Sequence record: SRR9188677_110
Strand: one strand, 5' to 3'
DNA length: 33,995 nt
The notes beneath the pieces are model-generated. The model searched no databases. It was not told where the DNA came from and saw only the letters and a list, made by a program, of their open reading frames with translations. This document shows, in pieces, positions 26,625 through 33,995 of the stretch. Position 1 is the stretch's first letter; each line of letters starts with the position of its first letter. The translations under genes and the position numbers were made by a program.

Positions 26625-27932
26625 ATGTCTAAAAACGTATTGCTTTCTTTTAAAGGAAACAAGCAAATTGATACCGAAATAAAGTTAACCGGCTCTAAAA
26701 GCGAATGTAATAGAGCATTAATTATTAGCGCTTTAAGCAAGGGTAAAGTAAGTGTAGAAAACTTATCGGTTGCAGCTGATACCGTTACACTCAATAAGGT
26801 TTTAAATGAGTTAAGAGCAAATAGTTTGGAGTTTGGAGAGCCGAGTTTGGAAACTGAAAACAACTCACAACTCACAACTCACAACTCGCAACTTAAAACT
26901 GTAGACATCGGCCCTGCCGGAACTGCAATGCGCTTTTTGACAGCATTTTTAGCAATACAATCTGGTAATTTTCTATTAACTGGTACCGAGCGGATGAAGC
27001 AAAGGCCAATAGGTATTTTAGCAGAGGCGCTCAAATCCATAGGCGCAAATATTACCTATGCAGCACAAGAGGGCTTTCCCCCCTTGCAAATTACTGGTCC
27101 TTTAACACAACAAAAAGCTAACGTTACCATAAAAGGCGATATCAGTAGCCAGTACATTTCTGCTTTATTAATGATTGCTCCTTCTCTACCTTTAGGCTTA
27201 ACGTTAAAAATTGATGGTGAGTTGACCTCAAAGCCTTATGTAGACATGACTTTAGCTATGCTTGAGCAAGTTGGCATTAGACATGAATGGGATGAAAACA
27301 CCATCAACATTGCACCACAAACCTTTAATGAAGCTAAATTATATGTAGAACCCGATTGGAGCGCAGCTTCTTATTGGTATGCCATTGCGGCTTTAGCAGA
27401 TGAAGCATCAATATTTTTACCTGGTTTAAATGGTTATAGCTTGCAGGGCGATAGTAAGATTACCGAAATTATGGCCAATTTTGGCATCACATCTCAGTTT
27501 AAAAATGGTGGAGTTTTTCTAAAAAAAGAACCCAAAAAAATTGAACGTAAAATATTTGATTTAAAAGAATGCCCAGACTTGGCGCAAACCATTGTAGTAA
27601 TTTGTGCTGCATTAGGCCATGATGCTACTTTTACAGGATTAGAAACACTAAAAATTAAAGAAACCAACCGTGTGTTGGCTTTGCAAACCGAATTGGCGAA
27701 AATTGGTGTTAAATTTATCGAGAAAAATTTAAGTTATAAGTTAGAATGCTCGGGTTTACATTTCCCAGAAAAAATTACCATTAGCACCTACGAAGACCAC
27801 AGGATGGCCATGGCTTTCGCTCCCCTAGCTTTAAAAATTAACGAAGTAGAAATTGAAGAAAAACAAGTGGTAGAAAAATCTTATCCTTACTTTTGGGATG
27901 ACTTGAAGAGGGCGGGTTTTAGTATCAAGTAG
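26625..27932 (+). CDS. aroA: 3-phosphoshikimate 1-carboxyvinyltransferase (EPSP synthase) with a repeat-derived insertion
   Basis: GSKSECNRAL, AGTAMRFL, RMKQRPI, SSQYISALL, EPDWSAASY, KETNR, DHRMAMAF, KSYP. Confidence 0.96.
   Translation: MSKNVLLSFKGNKQIDTEIKLTGSKSECNRALIISALSKGKVSVENLSVAADTVTLNKVLNELRANSLEFGEPSLETENNSQLTTHNSQLKTVDIGPAGTAMRFLTAFLAIQSGNFLLTGTERMKQRPIGILAEALKSIGANITYAAQEGFPPLQITGPLTQQKANVTIKGDISSQYISALLMIAPSLPLGLTLKIDGELTSKPYVDMTLAMLEQVGIRHEWDENTINIAPQTFNEAKLYVEPDWSAASYWYAIAALADEASIFLPGLNGYSLQGDSKITEIMANFGITSQFKNGGVFLKKEPKKIERKIFDLKECPDLAQTIVVICAALGHDATFTGLETLKIKETNRVLALQTELAKIGVKFIEKNLSYKLECSGLHFPEKITISTYEDHRMAMAFAPLALKINEVEIEEKQVVEKSYPYFWDDLKRAGFSIK
26808..26894. repeat. In-frame heptamer-repeat palindrome within aroA
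   Basis: Six gagtttg-like units (26808-26849), spacer, then (acaactc)x4 + gcaactt (26860-26894). Confidence 0.8.
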
Positions 27933-28006
27933 CGAGTATCAAGTATCAAGATTGGGTGCTTAGTGTAATTCAATCATTAAAACATTCAAAATTCAATCAT
28001 TAAAAA
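27921..28006. repeat. Short tandem/direct repeats in the aroA-aroC junction
   Basis: agtatca agtagcg agtatca agtatca (27921-27948) overlapping the aroA stop, and aattcaatcattaaaa twice before the aroC ATG. Confidence 0.6.
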
Positions 28007-29104
28007 ATGGCAGGCAACACATTCGGTAAATTATTTAACATCACTACTTTTGGCGAATCTCATGGCATGGCTATTGGAGTAATTATAGATGGATGCCCCG
28101 CAGGCTTACCAATTGATTTAGAATTTATCCAATCAGAGTTAGATAAGCGTCGCCCTGGCCAGTCTAAAATTACCACGCAACGAAAAGAAAGCGACACTGT
28201 ACAGGTGTTAAGTGGCGTTTTTGAAGGTAAAAGTACTGGTACACCAATAGCGCTAATTATACAAAATGAAGACCAACGCTCTAAAGATTACGGCCATAAC
28301 GTAGATGTTTATAGGCCGAGCCATGCTGATTATGTGTACGATGCTAAATATGGAATTAGAGACCACCGTGGCGGAGGCAGGTCATCAGCTAGGGAAACTG
28401 CTGCTAGAGTAGCTGCCGGTGCCATTGCTAAATTATTACTTAAACACCATGGCATAGCCATTTTTGCACATGTTACTGCTGTAGGGCAAATTAACGCACC
28501 AAACTTAACCACTGCCAATTTAGCCGAGGCATTAGCGCTTAGAGAAGCAAATATTGTACGCTGCGCAGATCCTGCTACCGCTAATCAGATGATCGATTTT
28601 ATTGATACAGTACGCAAAGACGGCGATACTGTTGGTGGTAAAATTGCCTGTATCATAAGAGGTTGCCCTGCCGGATTAGGAGAACCTGTTTTTGATAAAC
28701 TGCATGCCGATTTAGGAAAAGCAATGTTGAGCATTAATGCTGTTCATGGTTTTGAGTATGGCTCTGGATTTGAAGGTAGTGAGTGGAGAGGTTCTCAGCA
28801 TAATGATATTCCACAACCCAAAGCCCAGTCTGACCAAGGTTTTAAAACCATTACCAACCATGCAGGAGGTATTTTAGGAGGTATTTCAAATGGGATGGAT
28901 ATTACGTTTAAAGTAGCTTTTAAGCCTGTTGCAACTATTATGCATCAGCAAACTACCATTAACGCAGCAGGCGAAGTTGCCGAAATTAAAGGTAAGGGCA
29001 GGCACGACCCATGTGTTGTACCCCGTGCAGTGATAATTGTAGAGGCAATGGCTGCATTGGTAATGGCCGATCAGTTGCTTAGAAACAAAGTAGCAAAGAT
29101 GTAA
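28007..29104 (+). CDS. aroC: Chorismate synthase
   Basis: [45 protein letters not shown]. Confidence 0.98.
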   Translation: MAGNTFGKLFNITTFGESHGMAIGVIIDGCPAGLPIDLEFIQSELDKRRPGQSKITTQRKESDTVQVLSGVFEGKSTGTPIALIIQNEDQRSKDYGHNVDVYRPSHADYVYDAKYGIRDHRGGGRSSARETAARVAAGAIAKLLLKHHGIAIFAHVTAVGQINAPNLTTANLAEALALREANIVRCADPATANQMIDFIDTVRKDGDTVGGKIACIIRGCPAGLGEPVFDKLHADLGKAMLSINAVHGFEYGSGFEGSEWRGSQHNDIPQPKAQSDQGFKTITNHAGGILGGISNGMDITFKVAFKPVATIMHQQTTINAAGEVAEIKGKGRHDPCVVPRAVIIVEAMAALVMADQLLRNKVAKM

Positions 29105-29107
29105 CAT

Positions 29108-29716
29108 ATGCAAAAGTACATTTGGATTTTATGCTGTGTAATTGGCTTAAGTGCACAAGCCCAGACTTATAAAGCTAAGATTGATCAGCACCGCCAAAAA
29201 TATATGGCAGATTTTATCAGCGATCAGCATTCACCATTAAAAGAAACTGATTTAGTATTTTTAGATTTCTTTAATGCCGATAACACTTATGAAGTGGCTG
29301 CAAAGGTAACCCTACTCAGCAACCAAAAAATTTTCAAAATGCCCACTTATGATGGTACAAGCAAAGAATTTATCCGCTATGCGCAACTAGATTTTATGTT
29401 ACAGGGTCAACCGGTAAAGTTAACCTGCTATAAAAGTATAGCTCTTGCCATCAATCCTGCCTACAAAAATTTATTGTTTTTGCCATTTACTGATTTGACT
29501 AACGGTAAAAGCACTTACGGCGGAGGCAGGTACATTGACCTTGATTTAACCACCATCCACGATGGAAAGATTGTAATCGATTTCAATAAAGCATACAATC
29601 CTTATTGCGCCTATAGCGATGGCTATCGCTGTCCAATTCCACCACAAGAAAACAATATTGAATTGGAAATTTTGGCTGGAGAAAAATTATTTAAGGGAGA
29701 AAAAAAGCATAAATAA
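29108..29716 (+). CDS. DUF1684 family exported protein
   Basis: Signal peptide; LFLPFTDLTNGKSTYGGGRYID and DFNKAYNPYCAY...CPIPP. Confidence 0.92.
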   Translation: MQKYIWILCCVIGLSAQAQTYKAKIDQHRQKYMADFISDQHSPLKETDLVFLDFFNADNTYEVAAKVTLLSNQKIFKMPTYDGTSKEFIRYAQLDFMLQGQPVKLTCYKSIALAINPAYKNLLFLPFTDLTNGKSTYGGGRYIDLDLTTIHDGKIVIDFNKAYNPYCAYSDGYRCPIPPQENNIELEILAGEKLFKGEKKHK

Positions 29717-29742
29717 AGGTTAAAGTTCCCTTCAACCTTTAT
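29713..29742. terminator. Probable bidirectional terminator
   Basis: ataaaggtt / aacctttat between converging stops at 29716 and 29754. Confidence 0.5.
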
Positions 29743-29753
29743 GTATGTTAAGC

Positions 29754-32183
29754 TTAATTGAATAAGCCGGGGTATTTTTGAGGGTTGGCCTCATTCATCA
29801 TATCATAAACTGCCTCTATAACATCATCAACAGATGGCTTGCTAAAATAATCGCCATCAGAACCATAAGGTGGGCGATGCGCTTTTGCTGTTAATGTTTT
29901 TGGCTGAGCATCTAGCAAATAATAACCCTGTTGTACCTCAAGTATTTGCTGTAAAATAAACGCAGTGGCACCACCAGGTACATCCTCATCTACTACCAAT
30001 AATTTATTTGTTTTCTCTAAAGATTTTTTGCAAAGCTGATCAGTATCAAATGGCAATAAAGTCTGCGGATCAATAATTTCAATGCTAATCCCCAACTGTT
30101 CCAACTCTTCTGCCGCTTCTTCTACAATACGTAAAGTAGAGCCATAGGTTACCACCGTGAGGTCTGTACCCGTTTTAATTACTTCGGCCTTACCCAAAGG
30201 GACAGTAAATTCACCTACATTATCAGGTAATTTTTCTTTTAATCGATAGCCATTTAAGCACTCTACTACAAGCGCAGGCTCATCAGATCTAAACAAAGTA
30301 TTGTACATGCCTGCAGCCTGTGTCATGTTGCGTGGCACACAAATATGCAAGCCCCTTAACGAGCCCAATATCATACCCATTGGCGAACCAGAATGCCAAA
30401 CACCTTCTAAGCGGTGCCCTCTGGTACGTACAATTACTGGAGCTTTTTGCCCAGCTTTGGTACGATAAGACAAACTTGCCAAATCATCACTTAAAATATT
30501 TAAAGCAAAAAGTAGGTAATCTAAATATTGTATCTCGGCAATTGGTCTTAAACCACGCATCGCCAAGCCAATACCCTGGCCAACAATGGTCATTTCCCTA
30601 ATGCCTGTATCGGTAACCCTTAAATCTCCAAACTTGGCTTGTAATCCGGCAAAACCTTGGTTAACATCCCCAATATTTCCTAAATCTTCTCCAAAAGCCA
30701 CCAAACGCTGGTCTCTGCTAAAATTTGAATCAAAGCAAGCATTCAGCAATTCCCTACCATCAATCATTTTACTATTATCATGATAAACAGGGTCAATTAC
30801 ATCCACTAAAAATGGACTTTCTTTGCCGTCGGTAAATAATTTAGAGTTGTATTTTTCTTCGTTAACCTCAGTAAGTTTTTGATACCATTTTACTAAAGCA
30901 TCCCGCTCTGCGGAAGGCATGCCAACACTTAAGCGAATAGCTTTTCTAGCGCTAGAGATTACTTCCCTACGCAATGCATCTGGTGTTGAGGCTAACTGTG
31001 CAGCAATTTTAGTTAACATTGCATCGCCATTGGCCAAACCATTAATCAGGTGAATTACCTGGCTTTGCTCTTGCTTAATGCTCTCTAAAAATTCGTTCCA
31101 AGCTTCTTTTTGTAATTCTCTTACATATTTTTTAGCCTCATCTTCTAAGGTGGTCAATTCTTCGTCAGTAGCAATAGCAGATTCGATCATCCACTTGCGC
31201 ATTTGCGCAATACAATCGTACTCCTTTTCCCATTCTAACCTATCTTTTAGTTTATATCGCTCGTGCGAGCCAGAAGTAGAGTGGCCTTGTGGCTGTGTCA
31301 CTTCTGTAACATGTATCAGTACAGGTACGTGTTCGGTACGGCAAACATCAATAGCTTTTTGGTAGGTTTCGCATAAAGCGGGATAATCCCAACCTTTTAC
31401 CTTAAATATTTCATAACCATTGGTACCTTCTTCTCTTTGGAAACCCTTTAAAATTTCAGAAATATCTTCTTTGGTAGTTTGATATTTTGCAGGTACAGAA
31501 ATTCCATAACCATCATCCCATACAGAAATGGCCATAGGTACTTGTAGTACTCCAGCAGCATTTATAGCTTCAAAAAATACACCTTCTGATGTGGATGCAT
31601 TACCAATGGTACCAAACGCAACTTCATTTCCATTAACCGAAAAATTCTTTAAATAATCAAGTGCTGGATTTTGTCTAAACAATTTAGATGCATAAGCCAA
31701 GCCTACCAAACGAGCCATTTGTCCGCCTGTTGGCGCAATATCTGATGAGCAGTTTTTGATAGCTGTTAAATCTTTCCAAGACCCATCTTCATTTAGTGAA
31801 CGTGTTGCAAAATGGCAGTTCATTTGTCGGCCTGCAGATGATGGATCGGCCTCTACACTTGGATTAGCGTACAATTGTGCAAAAAACTCTTTAATGGTTG
31901 ATATACCGGTTGCAAAGGCAAAGGTTTGATCGCGGTAATAACCAGAACGCCAATCGCCATTTTTAAACGCTTTGGCCATGGCAATTTGAGGAACTTCCTT
32001 TCCATCACCAAATATGCCAAATTTGGCCTTTCCAGTTAATACTTCTCTCCTACCTAATAAACTGGCCTGGCGACTTTCGAATGCTATTTTATAATCATTA
32101 ATAACGATAACTTTAAAGTCATCGAAACTTAGTGCTGAAGCATCAATCTGATTAGTAATAAGTTTACTATTTGACATCATCAT
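29754..32183 (-). CDS. 2-oxoacid (probably branched-chain) dehydrogenase E1, fused alpha/beta subunits
   Basis: TPP-type E1 alpha (SGYYRDQT, GNASTSEG, GHSTSG) plus beta (FGEDLG, DTGIRE, PIAEIQYLDY). The TATCTTTG box at 32202-32209 overlaps TTG 32204, so an ATG at 32183-32177 is preferred. Confidence 0.9.
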   Translation of the reverse strand: MMMSNSKLITNQIDASALSFDDFKVIVINDYKIAFESRQASLLGRREVLTGKAKFGIFGDGKEVPQIAMAKAFKNGDWRSGYYRDQTFAFATGISTIKEFFAQLYANPSVEADPSSAGRQMNCHFATRSLNEDGSWKDLTAIKNCSSDIAPTGGQMARLVGLAYASKLFRQNPALDYLKNFSVNGNEVAFGTIGNASTSEGVFFEAINAAGVLQVPMAISVWDDGYGISVPAKYQTTKEDISEILKGFQREEGTNGYEIFKVKGWDYPALCETYQKAIDVCRTEHVPVLIHVTEVTQPQGHSTSGSHERYKLKDRLEWEKEYDCIAQMRKWMIESAIATDEELTTLEDEAKKYVRELQKEAWNEFLESIKQEQSQVIHLINGLANGDAMLTKIAAQLASTPDALRREVISSARKAIRLSVGMPSAERDALVKWYQKLTEVNEEKYNSKLFTDGKESPFLVDVIDPVYHDNSKMIDGRELLNACFDSNFSRDQRLVAFGEDLGNIGDVNQGFAGLQAKFGDLRVTDTGIREMTIVGQGIGLAMRGLRPIAEIQYLDYLLFALNILSDDLASLSYRTKAGQKAPVIVRTRGHRLEGVWHSGSPMGMILGSLRGLHICVPRNMTQAAGMYNTLFRSDEPALVVECLNGYRLKEKLPDNVGEFTVPLGKAEVIKTGTDLTVVTYGSTLRIVEEAAEELEQLGISIEIIDPQTLLPFDTDQLCKKSLEKTNKLLVVDEDVPGGATAFILQQILEVQQGYYLLDAQPKTLTAKAHRPPYGSDGDYFSKPSVDDVIEAVYDMMNEANPQKYPGLFN

Positions 32184-32311
32184 GGATAATTGGTTAGGCC
32201 ACAAAGATACAATTCTTTCTAAATAAGATTTGCCCTGCTAGTGTAATTTAAATATTGGAATGCTTTTTGTTTAAGATTAAAAACATTAAATTTGTTTAAA
32301 CCCATTATAAA

Positions 32312-32704
32312 ATGAAAAAGTTATTTTTAGCCATTGCATTAATATTAGGAGTTGGTTTTGTTGCAAATGCACAATCAGCAGCAGCCGAATTCAAATTTGA
32401 AACAGAAAGCCATGATTTTGGCAAAATTGCATTGAATAAGCCTGCTGTATTTACCTTTAACTTTACTAATGTTGGCGATGCGCCTTTAATTATATCAAAA
32501 GTAGAAACCACTTGTGGTTGCACAGTATCAGAATATACCCAAACACCTGTTAAAAAAGGCGAAAAAGGTTTTGTTAAGGTCACCATTACCCCAGTAGGTT
32601 CTCCGTTGCCATTTAATAAAGCAGTTACATTAACCTCTAATGCCAGAACAACCACAAAAGTTTTATACATTAAAGGTGTTTCTGTAACAAATGCTACAGA
32701 ATAA
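32312..32704 (+). CDS. DUF1573 domain exported protein
   Basis: Signal peptide; HDFGKI, FTNVGDAPLII..V.TTCGCT, FNKAVTLTSNA. Confidence 0.92.
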   Translation: MKKLFLAIALILGVGFVANAQSAAAEFKFETESHDFGKIALNKPAVFTFNFTNVGDAPLIISKVETTCGCTVSEYTQTPVKKGEKGFVKVTITPVGSPLPFNKAVTLTSNARTTTKVLYIKGVSVTNATE

Positions 32705-32728
32705 CGTAATATTTTAAGATAATTAGTT

Positions 32729-32758
32729 AAAAACCCCGTTAATTAAGCGGGGTTTTTT
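32729..32758 (+). terminator. Intrinsic terminator after the DUF1573 gene
   Basis: aaaaaccccgtt-aatt-aagcggggtttttt. Confidence 0.8.
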
Positions 32759-32772
32759 ATTTTTGTGGCATC

Positions 32773-33972
32773 ATGCCAAAAATCTCAGTTAAAGGGCTAG
32801 AAATGCCCGCTTCTCCAATAAGAAAACTTACTCCTTTTGCAGATAAGGCAAAAGCGTCAGGCAAAAAAGTTTATCATTTAAATATCGGCCAACCTGATAT
32901 TGCCACACCAGACGGTATGCTAAATGCCATTAAAAACATTGATTTTAATGTTTGGGCTTACACACCATCTGAAGGTACCTTGGCTTATAGAACTAAACTT
33001 ACCGAATATTATAACAAGCTTGGGTACAACATCACACCAGAAAATATTTTGGTAACTGTTGGGGGTTCTGAAGCCATTACCATTGCTATGCAAACTTGCG
33101 TTAACGAGGGTGATGAAATTATTATTCCAGAGCCATTTTACGCCAATTACAATGGCTTTGCTTGCATGAGCAATGTGGTAGTAAAACCTATTTTATCTTA
33201 CATAGAAAACGGATTTGCATTACCTCCAATCGCTGAATTTGAGAAATTGATCACGCCTAAAACTAAGGCTATCATTATATGTAATCCTAATAACCCTACT
33301 GGTTATTTATATTCTAGAGAAGAATTGGAAGCTTTAAAAGCGCTTTGCTTAAAGTATGATCTTTTCTTATTTTCTGATGAGGCTTACCGTGAATTTTGCT
33401 ATGATGGGCGTGAGTTTATTTCGCCAATGCACTTGGAAGGATTAGACCAAAATGTGGTAGTAATGGATACCGTATCTAAGCGTTACAGTGCTTGTGGCGC
33501 TCGTTTAGGCTGTTTAATTACCAAAAATGCTGATGTAATTGCTTCGGGATTAAAGTTTGCGCAAGCACGTTTAAGTCCGGGTATGGTAGAGCAAATTGCA
33601 GGTACCGCAGCGGTAGATACACCAGATAGCTATTTTGAAGAAGTAAATAAAGAATATACATTACGCAGAAACACCTTGGTAAAACGCTTGAATCATATTG
33701 AAGGCGTATTTTGTCCGAATCCAGGTGGTGCATTTTATGTGGTAGCTAAATTCCCAATTGATGATGCTGATGCATTTTGTCAATGGATGCTAGAAAGCTT
33801 TGACCATAACGGATCAACCGTGATGATGGCACCAGCAACAGGCTTTTACTCGAGCCCAGGCAGTGGTAAAAATGAAGTGCGTATGGCTTATGTTTTAAAT
33901 ACTGACGACTTGAACGCTGCAATGGACTGCCTAGAAATTGCTTTAGCCCATTATCCTGGTAGAACGGTTTGA
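32773..33972 (+). CDS. PLP-dependent class I/II aminotransferase (aspartate aminotransferase-like)
   Basis: LNIGQPD, GGSEA, CNPNNPTG, SDEAY, SKRYSACGARLG. Confidence 0.93.
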   Translation: MPKISVKGLEMPASPIRKLTPFADKAKASGKKVYHLNIGQPDIATPDGMLNAIKNIDFNVWAYTPSEGTLAYRTKLTEYYNKLGYNITPENILVTVGGSEAITIAMQTCVNEGDEIIIPEPFYANYNGFACMSNVVVKPILSYIENGFALPPIAEFEKLITPKTKAIIICNPNNPTGYLYSREELEALKALCLKYDLFLFSDEAYREFCYDGREFISPMHLEGLDQNVVVMDTVSKRYSACGARLGCLITKNADVIASGLKFAQARLSPGMVEQIAGTAAVDTPDSYFEEVNKEYTLRRNTLVKRLNHIEGVFCPNPGGAFYVVAKFPIDDADAFCQWMLESFDHNGSTVMMAPATGFYSSPGSGKNEVRMAYVLNTDDLNAAMDCLEIALAHYPGRTV

Positions 33973-33995
33973 GTTGTGAGTTGTGAGTTGTGAGT
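33970..33995. repeat. (tgagttg)n heptamer tandem repeat running off the window end
   Basis: Three full units plus a partial one, starting at the TGA stop; reverse complement of the caactca unit inside aroA. Confidence 0.8.

Noticed and set aside
26808-33995. CRISPR array suggested by short repeats
   Set aside because: Units are 7-8 bp in tandem without unique spacers, and there are no cas genes.

Overview
Bacteroidetes chromosomal window, most consistent with Pedobacter/Sphingobacteriaceae (SusC/SusD genes, recurrent TAnnTTTG promoter boxes, fused E1 alpha/beta). Bases ~1-14280 are the right-hand part of an integrative element sitting at the 3' end of a tRNA-Ile2(CAT) gene, with a tyrosine integrase next to the tRNA. 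Its cargo is a cassette with no carbohydrate-active enzymes in view: ECF sigma-FecR-SusC-SusD-TlpA(CxxC) on the minus strand, converging on MauE/DoxX(CxC)-small secreted two-Cys peptide-membrane-anchored beta-rich protein on the plus strand. I propose this is a mobile disulfide-peptide production and TonB-dependent sensing system (inference). A ~110-nt structured RNA with a C(UUCG)G tetraloop and an upstream complementary arm precedes the sigma gene. Bases ~14281-33995 are mostly core genome: HAD hydrolase, DUF962, katG with an OxyR-like box, an AAA/DUF4143 ATPase, proline dehydrogenase, S4 protein, aroB, a desaturase, pheA-DAHP synthase/chorismate mutase-aroA-aroC, DUF1684, 2-oxoacid dehydrogenase E1, DUF1573 and a class I aminotransferase. 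Items missed by the ORF track include a Tyr/Trp/Phe-rich leader-peptide attenuator before pheA, 48-aa and 40-aa membrane peptides, a duplicated tRNA 5' half, and an in-frame heptamer-repeat palindrome inside aroA. All family assignments come from motif recognition by eye, not from database searches.
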